Origin: Oligoflexales bacterium
GTDB taxonomy: Bacteria > Bdellovibrionota_B > Oligoflexia > Oligoflexales > RGVZ01
Reading direction: 5' to 3'
Length of the DNA stretch: 64,000 nucleotides
Assembly: GCA_947468665.1 (NCBI GenBank)
Contig: CANILH010000001.1
Coordinates: 23,683-87,682, forward strand
The position numbers were made by a program, and so were the translations under genes. Position 1 is the first letter of the stretch, and every line of letters begins with the position of its first letter. Shown here in pieces: positions 20,392 to 29,419 of the stretch. The notes beneath the pieces were generated by a model. The model was given only the letters and a program-made list of their open reading frames with translations. It had not been told where the DNA came from and ran no database searches.

Positions 20392-20424
20392 GGGCCGCCT
20401 CCATAAAAAGTTTGGATCAGAAAT

Positions 20425-21825
20425 CTACCGGCGCTCGGAAAGATCCTTGGCTACAAGCCACACATCTCCGGCTCCGATGGTCACGACTAAATCATTATTT
20501 AGGTCTATGATGGATTTTACCAAGTCTGCTCCCGCTTTCAAAGTCGGAGCGAAAAAAGTTTTAGCTCCGGAGCCTTTAGAGATGTCCCGGGCAATGGTCT
20601 CCGCCTCATAGCCAGAGATAACAGGCTCGCCTGCGGCATAAACAGGCAAAACGACTACGACTACCGATTTGCCCTTAAACGCGGTTACGAAATCCTCGTA
20701 AAGGCTTGATATTCTGGAATAACGATGTGGCTGAAACACCGCGACAACACGGCGCTCGGGAAACGCGTCGGTAAGACCGGCAAGAAGGCTGCGAATCTTT
20801 CCCGGATTGTGTGCGTAATCATCAAATATAAGAGCGCCAGAAACCGAGGTGTAAGGCTGAAGCCTGCGCTCAATGCCCGGAAACGACTCCAGGGCAAGAC
20901 AGGACGTCTCCGCGGGTTGATCCAATAGTAACAAGACGCAAATGGCCGCGAGCCCATTGAGCACGTTATGTCGTCCAGGGAGGGGCAGTTTAAATTGACG
21001 CCTAAAGCCATGGTTGAGAAACGTAGCGGTTGTCTTCAGGCCGCTAGTGGCGGTCTCAAGCAGTCGAAGATCTGATCCAACGGTCCCGCCGAAGCTGAGG
21101 CGCTTACCGCTAAACCCGGCTATAGCACGCGCTACAGACGGCGAGTCTTGCCAGTAAACAAGAGTCCCCTCCGCACAAACATTTGCGGCGTACGACCCAA
21201 AGGCACCCTCCAACCGCTCAATCGTTTGGTAGAAGTCCATGTGATCGGGCTCGATATTATTTAAAACAGCGATAAATGGGCTGTAGCGCAAAAAAGAACC
21301 ATCTGACTCATCGGCCTCGATAACCAGAAGCTCCCCTTTCCCACGATGATAGGAGGACCTTCCATCAGCAAAGGGGGCTCCTATAATCCATGAGGGGTCT
21401 AGTCCAAGCCCCTCAAGACCATGGGCAACAAGGGCTGAGGTGGTCGATTTTCCGTGAGTGCCTGCCACGGCAATGGTTTTGAAGGCCGAAGTGATACGGG
21501 CGAGCAGCAGGCTTCGGTGAAGAGTGACCTTTGCCCTCAAGCTCGCCTCCCGTAACGTTGGGTGGCCCGCGGGAATTGCGCTCGAGAAAACAATTGTCCC
21601 GGCTTTAGCGATCAAATCAAGATCTTCACGCGAGCCTTCGGCCGCAAACTTTACAAGTGAGCGTCCAAAAGCAGGAGTGAGATCACTACCGGTAACCGCG
21701 CACCCAAAGGTAGCGACGAATTCAGCCAGGGGTCTCATGCCGGATCCGTTGACTCCAACAAAGTGAAGGGGAGCTAGCGCGGCTAGCTCCTCGACCAGGT
21801 CAGTATGGTTGTTTTTTATGGTCAT
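20425..21825 (-). CDS. murC: UDP-N-acetylmuramate--L-alanine ligase
   Basis: 466 aa. N-terminal HFVGVNGSGMRPLAEF (MurC-type Rossmann) and P-loop AVAGTHGKSTTSAL. Mur ligase length. Confidence 0.92.
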   Translation of the reverse strand: MTIKNNHTDLVEELAALAPLHFVGVNGSGMRPLAEFVATFGCAVTGSDLTPAFGRSLVKFAAEGSREDLDLIAKAGTIVFSSAIPAGHPTLREASLRAKVTLHRSLLLARITSAFKTIAVAGTHGKSTTSALVAHGLEGLGLDPSWIIGAPFADGRSSYHRGKGELLVIEADESDGSFLRYSPFIAVLNNIEPDHMDFYQTIERLEGAFGSYAANVCAEGTLVYWQDSPSVARAIAGFSGKRLSFGGTVGSDLRLLETATSGLKTTATFLNHGFRRQFKLPLPGRHNVLNGLAAICVLLLLDQPAETSCLALESFPGIERRLQPYTSVSGALIFDDYAHNPGKIRSLLAGLTDAFPERRVVAVFQPHRYSRISSLYEDFVTAFKGKSVVVVVLPVYAAGEPVISGYEAETIARDISKGSGAKTFFAPTLKAGADLVKSIIDLNNDLVVTIGAGDVWLVAKDLSERR

Positions 21826-22945
21826 TGCAGGTCAGTCGTAAAAGTAAAGCTGTTGTGACAAGGCTCATGAGAAGACTGCTGGCCCCGCTACTTATAAATG
21901 GCAAGGGAATTCCTTTGGTAGGGAGTAGTCCCATCGCCACCCCCATATTGATCGCCCCTTGAAAGCCAACTGTCGCGGTTAAGCCAAACGCAAGGTACAT
22001 TTGAAATGGGCGAACCTGCAAGAACGCGATGCGAAAGCCTAAGAAACAGTAGTACGCGAACGTCAGACACAAAAATGTAACGCCTAAAAACCCCAGCTCC
22101 TCGGCGAGAACAGCAAGTATGAAGTCTGTGTGCGCCTCCGGCAAAAAAAACAACTTTTGCCGACTTTCACCGAGGCCTAACCCAAAAAGGCCACCGTTTT
22201 GAAACGCGAGGTAAGACTGGATAATCTGAAAGCCCCCTCTTTGGATCTCAGCCCATGGATCCAAAAAGCTTGTCAATCTGGCTAACCTGTATGGTTTCAT
22301 AGCGATCGCGATAGTCATTCCGGAAAGGGCAGCTGCAAGAGAGCCAAATATGTACCGCCAGTCCAACCCGGCAACGAATAGCATTCCGAGAAGCACTAAC
22401 CCCATTAAAACAGTTGAGCCGAAGTCAGGCTGTCGCATCATAAAAACAGCAAAAAAACCGAAAATCGCGATATTGGGAAGAATTCCTGTTAATAGCGAAT
22501 TTACATGAAAATTTTTCCGGGAAAGATTTTTCGCGAGAAAAAATACCAAAGCCAGCTTCGCGCACTCAGAGGTTTGAAACCTGAATCCCCCGAACGAGAT
22601 CCATCGGGCCGCACCGCCCCCGGATTTGTATACGCCAGGGACGAAAATAAGCGCAAGTAAACCCAGGGAAATAACCAAAAGCGGCAAGGCCACCCTCTCA
22701 ATGACGCGCATGGGGATCTTGGTAATAAAAAACATGAGAAGAAGGCCCGCAAGGGCAATGGCGCCTTGTTTTCTGATGAAGATAAACGCGTCATTAAACT
22801 GCTGCTCGCCCTTTAATGCGCTCGCCGCGTACACCATGATAAGCCCGGTCATTATAAGAAGCAGTGTAGTCGCGACAAGAAGCCGGCCGGCCTTGGCCAG
22901 CTTCTCCGCGTCAGATTTTGTGGTTAAGCTTGAACCTAGTGACAT
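21800..22945 (-). CDS. ftsW: SEDS-family peptidoglycan glycosyltransferase FtsW (start placed at ATG 22945; the ORF track extends to 23053)
   Basis: Polytopic protein with the SEDS-like motifs FQTSECAKLALVFFLA, PDFGS and LPTKGIPLPFISSGASS. ATG 22945 has GAGG about 7 nt upstream and lies just after the stop of the upstream gene (22965). The longer ORF would overlap it by 89 nt. Confidence 0.88.
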   Translation of the reverse strand: MSLGSSLTTKSDAEKLAKAGRLLVATTLLLIMTGLIMVYAASALKGEQQFNDAFIFIRKQGAIALAGLLLMFFITKIPMRVIERVALPLLVISLGLLALIFVPGVYKSGGGAARWISFGGFRFQTSECAKLALVFFLAKNLSRKNFHVNSLLTGILPNIAIFGFFAVFMMRQPDFGSTVLMGLVLLGMLFVAGLDWRYIFGSLAAALSGMTIAIAMKPYRLARLTSFLDPWAEIQRGGFQIIQSYLAFQNGGLFGLGLGESRQKLFFLPEAHTDFILAVLAEELGFLGVTFLCLTFAYYCFLGFRIAFLQVRPFQMYLAFGLTATVGFQGAINMGVAMGLLPTKGIPLPFISSGASSLLMSLVTTALLLRLTCNDHKKQPY

Positions 22946-22964
22946 CTCTAACCTCGCGTGTAAT

Positions 22965-25859
22965 TCAGAAACCGCCGGAATTAAATCGTAGAACGAGCTC
23001 ATTAAAAACCGTGCCGCGATGCTCGAAATTCTTAAACTCATCAAAACTGGCACATCCCGGGCTGAATATCAGGTCACATTTATTGTCTCTTGCCACACGA
23101 AGACCATGCAAGACGGCATCACTCATTTTCTCAAAACTCTCAACAGGTACCCCTTTAGGGGCGTCGTCTTTGATGGCGAGGCGCGAGGACCCAAATGTGA
23201 CAAGCAGCCGTAATAGCTCTCTTTTATCGGCAAGAGCGAGATACGACTCGCCCTTTCCCTGGCCGCCCATCAAGAGAACCGCCGGCCTTGTTGCCATGCT
23301 TAGGGCTGACATTGTGCTTTCGAGATTTGTCGATTTGCTGTCATTTACAATTATGCGGGAGTCACTTTTGAAAATTACCTCACAGCGGTAGCTTAGTGGT
23401 CGGTAGCTCGCTAGAAGCGGCAGTAAGGACCTCGCGTCACGACCAGTGATCTCCGCCCCTAGTAGCGCTGCCATGAGAGCGTTCACGTGATTGTGGGCAC
23501 CAGCGACACCCAACAAATTCAGGTCTACAAAATGGCCCCCGAGCTCACAGACGCCATTATTCACGGCTCGATACTGGGCACCGGCCGGGAGAGAGGAGTC
23601 TTTAGACGTCGAACCAATTATGACCACCCGGCAGTCTGGCCACTTGGCGCCAACCTCACTTGCGTAGCGGGCGACATCTTCCATCACAACGAGCAAACTT
23701 GAGGGAGTAAGCCATTCGGTGACGCGCCATTTCGCCGCGAAATAATTTTTCATGGTTTTGTGTCTGGCGAGATGATCAAAAGAGAAACTGGTTATAGCGG
23801 CGGCTCGAGAAGGCCAGTGTAGGCTTCCCTCCAGTTGGTAACTGGACAACTCAACAATTGCGGTGTGAGATGACGATTCCTCCCGAAAAAATAACGCGGT
23901 TGGGGGTAGGCCAATATTTCCACAGGCGACGGCCGGTAACCCCAATTGCCGGAATATATGCTCTGTCATTGCGACGGCGGTGGATTTGCCGTTGGTACCA
24001 GTAACGGCGATGATATTTCCACGGTAGCGGTCAAAGCCGAGATCAATTTCGGTAATAACGTCCTTACCGAGCTTTCGGGCGGCCAGAGGCACTTCATGAT
24101 CCAGAGGGACGCCGGGGCTTATAACAACGGTGGAGAGGAGATCCCAAGGTATGTCAGACCGATTAATTACCGTTACCGAGCCCCCAATACTCTCAGGCAG
24201 GGTAATTTCCCTGTCGTCACTTAAATAGACCGTCTCGCCATAGTGGGCGAGGTGGGCGGAAGCAGCTAATCCACTACGACCAGCACCAAAAACAAGCCAT
24301 CGGCGGGGTTTTGTTAGACATTTTAAAGCCTCTTCCTCGTCGCTGAAATGATGCTTTGTCTGACCAATAATTTGATAATTTTCGTGCCCTTTGCCGGCAA
24401 TCAGGATTTTTTTTGTAGCCCCGCCCTTACTAAGCGCGACTTGAATCGCTGTCCGGCGATCGACAATTTTATGACACTCGGTCGAAGTGATCGCCCCGGA
24501 AAACACCTCGTCAACAATGGCTTCAGCGCTTTCAGAACGAGGATTGTCACTTGTAACAAAGACCTCTTTCGATAGCCGGGACGCAATGTCGCCCATAATG
24601 GCTCGCTTTGACCTGTCCCGCTCTCCGCCGCAACCAAATACGGTCGTGACAGATATTGTCCCTTGCGAAAGCGTTAGTATGGCTTTCTCAAGGGCATCAG
24701 GTGTATGGGCGTAGTCAATGTAGACAAGCGGGCGCCAAGGTGATTTTAGCGGCGTCACAAGTTGTAGGCGTCCCGGCACGGCCGTAACCGGGGACTTTGC
24801 CAGCAATGTCTCAAGGGCGGGGAGAGATTTTCCTGACATCTGGGAAACAATAATGAGCGCGGCGGAGACGTTTTCGGCGAAAACATCTCCCACCATGGGT
24901 GTCATGACAGATATCCAATTGCTATCCTGGGAGGCGCGCACCGAAATCCGGGAAAAGCCAGAGACATAACTCGACTGTGATCGTACCGTGAAATCAGGGG
25001 CTGGTGAGGTAAGGCGATTTTCAATCGAGTAGGTGCTCTTTAATGGGCCTTTGCCGGTGGTTGAGCACAAAAACTCCCGGGCCATGGGGCGGGCCGCAAT
25101 GGAGTGATGAAAAAGCGCGAAGCCGTCAGTTGATAGCTGCCTTGTGAACAGAGTCATTTTGGCAGCGAAATAATCGTCCATGGTTGGGTGAAAATCCAGG
25201 TGATCCTGGCTAAAGCTCGTGAACGCGGCAGCCGCGAACGCTATGGGCCATACTTTGCCCTGTACCAGGCTATGGCTGGAAATTTCCATAACGACATGGG
25301 TGATGGACCTTGTCACAAGCTCGGCAAGCAGGGGGTACAACACATCGGGGTCTGGTGTTGTGTGGCGACTTTCGCGGTGTGTCTCACCGATATAAAATCC
25401 AAGGGTACCAATGGTGGCGGACGGGATTTTCAGAGCGTCCAGGATGGACTTAATCATCCAGACGGTGCTTGTCTTGCCGTTGGTGCCAGTGATGCCGATC
25501 ATGAGTAGTTTTCGCGACGGGTGGCCCGCGAAATATGACGCTAGCTGGGCCCAGGCCGCCCGGGTTGAGGTGACTCTTACAACTCCAAAGGGGGCGTGGG
25601 AGATTTCCACGGCAGGATCTTCGATGATGGCGAGTGAAAGGCCCGCGGGCGCATTTTCCAAAAAAGAGTGCCCGTCACGACTTCCGCCCCGGATGGCACA
25701 AAAAACGTGTGTCTCCGACAGCTTTCGCGAGTCGGCGACGACACCCTGATACGGGCCCGTATGCTGGGGTTTCCGAGTAATAACTGGCTGAAGTCCCGCG
25801 GAAGACAGCTCAGAAATAATCGCGTCAAAGTTTGCGGGGCAGTTTGTCATTAAGTCCAT
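22965..25859 (-). CDS. murE-murD: Fused Mur ligase: MurE (meso-DAP-adding, aa about 1-515) joined in frame to MurD (D-Glu-adding, aa about 520-964)
   Basis: N-terminal half: GITGTNGKTS, SFSQDHLDFH, GCGGERDRSKR, TSDNPRSE (DNPR motif), AGKGHENYQIIG..HFSDEEEA. C-terminal half: WLVFGAGRSGLAASAHL, SPGVPLDH, AVTGTNGKSTA, CGNIGLP, MGGQGKGES, SPGCASFDEFKNFEHRG. One open frame of 964 codons, with the junction at about nt 24296-24310. Confidence 0.88.
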   Translation of the reverse strand: MDLMTNCPANFDAIISELSSAGLQPVITRKPQHTGPYQGVVADSRKLSETHVFCAIRGGSRDGHSFLENAPAGLSLAIIEDPAVEISHAPFGVVRVTSTRAAWAQLASYFAGHPSRKLLMIGITGTNGKTSTVWMIKSILDALKIPSATIGTLGFYIGETHRESRHTTPDPDVLYPLLAELVTRSITHVVMEISSHSLVQGKVWPIAFAAAAFTSFSQDHLDFHPTMDDYFAAKMTLFTRQLSTDGFALFHHSIAARPMAREFLCSTTGKGPLKSTYSIENRLTSPAPDFTVRSQSSYVSGFSRISVRASQDSNWISVMTPMVGDVFAENVSAALIIVSQMSGKSLPALETLLAKSPVTAVPGRLQLVTPLKSPWRPLVYIDYAHTPDALEKAILTLSQGTISVTTVFGCGGERDRSKRAIMGDIASRLSKEVFVTSDNPRSESAEAIVDEVFSGAITSTECHKIVDRRTAIQVALSKGGATKKILIAGKGHENYQIIGQTKHHFSDEEEALKCLTKPRRWLVFGAGRSGLAASAHLAHYGETVYLSDDREITLPESIGGSVTVINRSDIPWDLLSTVVISPGVPLDHEVPLAARKLGKDVITEIDLGFDRYRGNIIAVTGTNGKSTAVAMTEHIFRQLGLPAVACGNIGLPPTALFFREESSSHTAIVELSSYQLEGSLHWPSRAAAITSFSFDHLARHKTMKNYFAAKWRVTEWLTPSSLLVVMEDVARYASEVGAKWPDCRVVIIGSTSKDSSLPAGAQYRAVNNGVCELGGHFVDLNLLGVAGAHNHVNALMAALLGAEITGRDARSLLPLLASYRPLSYRCEVIFKSDSRIIVNDSKSTNLESTMSALSMATRPAVLLMGGQGKGESYLALADKRELLRLLVTFGSSRLAIKDDAPKGVPVESFEKMSDAVLHGLRVARDNKCDLIFSPGCASFDEFKNFEHRGTVFNELVLRFNSGGF

Positions 25860-27702
25860 CTTTTAGCGCCGCGCGGCGGATCTGGGGCCGTTCAGTGCCG
25901 CGCGCGACAGCGGCGGATTTGGAGACTTTATCAGGCGCAACATTTAAATATCTTAAGCTTCGTTCGGCTATTTCGGAAAACACAGGCCCAGCCAGAAGGC
26001 CTCCGTAAGCGGGCCTCACAGCAGGCTCGTCAATCATGACGTAGATAACAAGATAGGGATCAGCGACAGGGGCAAAGCCGGCAAAGCTAGAGACCCGCTT
26101 CTCCGAGGAATATGCCTTCAGAATGGGGTCTACTTTCTCGGCCGTCCCGGTTTTGCCTCCCGTAGTATAGTCTATGGTGGCCGCAAGGTGCGCGGTTCCA
26201 TGGGGATCCGTTACAACCCGTGAAAGGATTTGCCGCATCTGCCGCGCGGTTTCAATAGAAATAACGTGGGACGTTGCCTCTGGCGACGCCGCGTAAACAA
26301 TGTCGCCACTCGGACTGGTGATCCTGTCTACAAGGGTGGGGCGCATTAAATTACCACCATTCGCGATAGCCCCGTAGGCCATGGCCATCTCAAGCCCAGT
26401 AACCGTCATGCCCTGGCCAAACGCGACATTAGCGAAGCGAATAGGCTTCCAGGTGGAAGGGCTCGCGATGTGCCCTGTCATTGAAGATGGAAACGAATCC
26501 GGAAGCGAAAGTCCTCCGGAGAATCCAAATTTATGAAGGGCTTCGAAAAGGCCCTCTTTGCCGAGGCGTTCAGCGATCTTAAAAATTCCAATATTACTAG
26601 ACCGTATAATCACCTCAGCGGTAGTCAGAGTTGAGGCTGGGTGCTCGTCGTGAAACACTACGCCACCAACCCGGTAGACACCGTTTTCACAATTATGAAG
26701 TTCCTCGGGGCTAGACTTTTTGTGTTCAAGTGCCGCCGCCACAACAAAGGGCTTCATGATGGAGCCAGGCTCAAACAAATCTAAAAGAGCGAAATTTCTC
26801 ATGTGCTCAGGTTTCGCGAGAGCGACGTTATTGGGGTCAAACGTAGGAAAGTTTGCAAGTGCCAGAAGTTTTCCAGTGTGCGGGTCGGTAACTATGGCAA
26901 AGCCGCTTTTTGCGCGGGCCGATTTAACACCGTTAGCAAGGGCTTCCTCCGCGATTTCCTGAATCGCTAGGTCAATGGTGAGTTGTATTGAATGCCCTGG
27001 GAGATCAGGGGCCGCGAGATCACTGGAGTAGAGGATTGTACGACCGCGGGCGTCTTTGGACGGCCTGACGGCGGAGGCCTTGCTTGCGAGGATGCTTTGG
27101 AACTGTTTTTCAATCCCCATCAAACCCTGATTATCACTACCGACAGCGCCGATAAGGTGTGCCGCGACAGACTGGAGCGGGTAAAGCCTGGAGGCTTCGT
27201 TTACAAGGTAGAGGCCTTTTAATGAGAGGGCATCTACTCGTGCCGCTGCAGAAGGTTCGACTTTTCGTTTTAGCCAGGCAAAGTAGGCCTTCTTTTCGGC
27301 GATCTCTAGAATTTTTTCCCGCGGCAAGTCCAAGATCTGCGACAGCTGTTTTAATTGCGGAGTGTTCGGAGTGAAAACGCGGGGATTTATAGCGATAGAG
27401 GGTTTTTTGAGGCTAATGGCGAGGGGATGGCCGTTACGGTCAAGCACGGGGCCACGGTAGGGCGCCAGCTCCAGGTGCTGCTCATACTGCCGCGACGCGA
27501 TGCGGCGAAGGGCATCGCCGGAGGGTGGCCAGAGCTGAATAATCGCGGCACGAATAATTAGGCCGCCGAAAATGGCGAGCAGGATAGACGCCAGAACGGA
27601 GGCTCTGGCGATGTCAAAACCTTGTCGCCGGTCGTCCGCCCCCCCAGAGGCGCGGATTGCGAACAGGCGTGAAAAAAAGTAACGCGGGTCGGGTTTTTTC
27701 AC
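25825..27702 (-). CDS. ftsI: Class B penicillin-binding protein, division transpeptidase FtsI/PBP3
   Basis: N-terminal TM, then SxxK (GSIMKPF), SxN (RSSNIG) and KTG (GGKTGTAEK). Canonical position after ftsL. Confidence 0.93.
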   Translation of the reverse strand: MKKPDPRYFFSRLFAIRASGGADDRRQGFDIARASVLASILLAIFGGLIIRAAIIQLWPPSGDALRRIASRQYEQHLELAPYRGPVLDRNGHPLAISLKKPSIAINPRVFTPNTPQLKQLSQILDLPREKILEIAEKKAYFAWLKRKVEPSAAARVDALSLKGLYLVNEASRLYPLQSVAAHLIGAVGSDNQGLMGIEKQFQSILASKASAVRPSKDARGRTILYSSDLAAPDLPGHSIQLTIDLAIQEIAEEALANGVKSARAKSGFAIVTDPHTGKLLALANFPTFDPNNVALAKPEHMRNFALLDLFEPGSIMKPFVVAAALEHKKSSPEELHNCENGVYRVGGVVFHDEHPASTLTTAEVIIRSSNIGIFKIAERLGKEGLFEALHKFGFSGGLSLPDSFPSSMTGHIASPSTWKPIRFANVAFGQGMTVTGLEMAMAYGAIANGGNLMRPTLVDRITSPSGDIVYAASPEATSHVISIETARQMRQILSRVVTDPHGTAHLAATIDYTTGGKTGTAEKVDPILKAYSSEKRVSSFAGFAPVADPYLVIYVMIDEPAVRPAYGGLLAGPVFSEIAERSLRYLNVAPDKVSKSAAVARGTERPQIRRAALKDGLNDKLPRKL

Positions 27703-27956
27703 TTTTTAGTGGCCCCCTTGGAGTCGTCAGAGGAGGCTCCCTGGGCCAGGTCTTCTAGCCTTTTTTTGGTCGTCATTCGGGCAAGATCTCCCTGGAGAGT
27801 GCTGCGTTCCTCTAAGAGCTTGCCCTCCGCTGTTTTAAGCTTGCCAAGATCATAGGCCACGGCGGTCGTGATGCTACGAAAGTGAACCCGGGCAAACGCG
27901 GCGGCCGACAAGACCAGCGTCCATAGAATCGCTAAACGTACGGTGAGACGGTGCAT
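27699..27956 (-). CDS. ftsL: Cell division protein FtsL-like (small bitopic coiled-coil protein)
   Basis: 85 aa with a TM (LAILWTLVLSAAAF) followed by a leucine-rich helix (LGKLKTAEGKLLEERSTLQGDL). It lies between rsmH and ftsI, overlapping ftsI by 4 nt. Confidence 0.7.
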   Translation of the reverse strand: MHRLTVRLAILWTLVLSAAAFARVHFRSITTAVAYDLGKLKTAEGKLLEERSTLQGDLARMTTKKRLEDLAQGASSDDSKGATKK

Positions 27957-27999
27957 AGAGCCTCCAGGTCACAGTAAAACCGACTAAATTTGATATTCA

Positions 28000-29016
28000 C
28001 TAAACTATTATAGGGCATTCCATAGTTAAACGGATAGCCCTTAGCTTGGCACTTCTGGCTCGTGGGTTGGATCGAACCTCGTTTTCGGTTGGCATTTGGG
28101 GAAAAGGCTTGATGACCTCCGCAACGGACTCTGAAAGGCGGTCTATGTCGGCACTAGTCAGGGGGATGTCACGGGGAAGGGACTGCCTCTTTGTTTTACC
28201 GGTTAATGTCAGCATAGACACCTTTGTGAGCCGGTCTTCCAGGGAGTGAAACGTAATAATTGCTAATACGCCACCGATGCGAAGCACAGAGGGAGCGCTG
28301 TTGAGCAGACTTTTTAACTCACCGAGCTCATTATTTACGTAAACCCGGAGTGCCTGAAACGTTCTGGTCGCCGGATGCTTGCGGCTCGCTTCCTTCCAGA
28401 ACACTTTACTCGCGATCAGGTCGGCCAATTGTTTTGTGGTCTTAAAGGGGCTGGTATCTCGTCTCTCACAAATAAGTTTGGCGATAAACCTCGATTTTGG
28501 CTCTTCACCAAACTTAAATATTACGTCGGCAATGTCCTGCTCAGTGGCCGAGGCAAGGAACTCGGCGGCGCTCTCGCCTTGACTTTGATCCATGCGCATA
28601 TCAAGTGGGCCGTCGTTCATAAAAGAAAAACCCCTGGCGGCAATATCAAGGTGGTGGCTTGAGACGCCGATGTCGGCCAGGACACCGCTTACCCGTCCGA
28701 TCAAATCAAGTTTTTTAAGTTGCGACGAGAGCTCGCCAAAAGGGGAGTGAATCAAGATGAGGCGACCCGAGCTAATGTCCTTTGAGAAACGGACCTTAGC
28801 GTTATCGATGGCGATTATGTCCCGGTCAAAGGCAACCACCCGGCCGGTAGGGCCGACTAATTCAAGCATTAAAGCGGTGTGGCCACCGCCACCCAGCGTA
28901 CAGTCCACTAAAATGGAGCCTGCCTCTGGCGATAAAATGTCAACGGACTCTCGAAAAAGGACGGAGACATGCTGATAGGAATTGGGAAATGAATCTGATG
29001 TCAAAAAATGCCTCAT
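28000..29016 (-). CDS. rsmH: 16S rRNA (cytosine1402-N4)-methyltransferase RsmH/MraW
   Basis: HVSVL..VDCTLGGGGHT, DRD, ADIGVSSHHLD, GPLDMRMD and FHSLEDR: the complete RsmH signature set. Confidence 0.95.
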   Translation of the reverse strand: MRHFLTSDSFPNSYQHVSVLFRESVDILSPEAGSILVDCTLGGGGHTALMLELVGPTGRVVAFDRDIIAIDNAKVRFSKDISSGRLILIHSPFGELSSQLKKLDLIGRVSGVLADIGVSSHHLDIAARGFSFMNDGPLDMRMDQSQGESAAEFLASATEQDIADVIFKFGEEPKSRFIAKLICERRDTSPFKTTKQLADLIASKVFWKEASRKHPATRTFQALRVYVNNELGELKSLLNSAPSVLRIGGVLAIITFHSLEDRLTKVSMLTLTGKTKRQSLPRDIPLTSADIDRLSESVAEVIKPFPQMPTENEVRSNPRARSAKLRAIRLTMECPIIV

Positions 29017-29419
29017 ATGGCTTGAATATCAATCAGTCCCGCATTTTAAGCGGACAACCTGAAATCAAAATTAATATTGCCGGTCCGGGTGAGTTTATAG
29101 CATAGGGGCGATCAAAAACAATAAGCGGAAAGATTTTTTTGAGGGTTGATTTCTACTCGACGGCCTTTTTTGCCGCGCGCGAGCTTGATCTACCTGATGA
29201 ATCAGAGATGATAAAACACCGGGGAGCGACTGCCGCGCAGACGTTTTGCGGGGCTCAAGCGTGATCAGTCGGGTGGGGCTATTTTTTTAAGTGGCGCAGC
29301 CGTGAATCCCTTGCCCATTGTGCCGCGCTCGCCAGCGCCTGAGAATTAAAGTAGGAAATTTATTTGCCGAGAACCTAAACGTCGTTTTTTATTTTTAACT
29401 TTTATGGGAGGTAGACAAG

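Noticed and set aside
22946-23053. Long N-terminal extensions in the ORF track: ftsW to 23053, rph from 49863, the outer-membrane protein from 37732, atpH from 9089, atpE from 5572
   Set aside because: In each case an internal ATG with a Shine-Dalgarno gives the family-typical N-terminus or a proper signal peptide. It also removes a large overlap with the upstream gene.
29017-29419. c-di-AMP (ydaO-type) riboswitch upstream of the LysM gene
   Set aside because: I considered it because such riboswitches often precede LysM or cell-wall hydrolase genes, and the island contains GTGAATCC and GGGGAG-like strings. I could not find the conserved ACAGCTAAC-type element or the pseudo-twofold arrangement. 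An Rfam scan would settle it.
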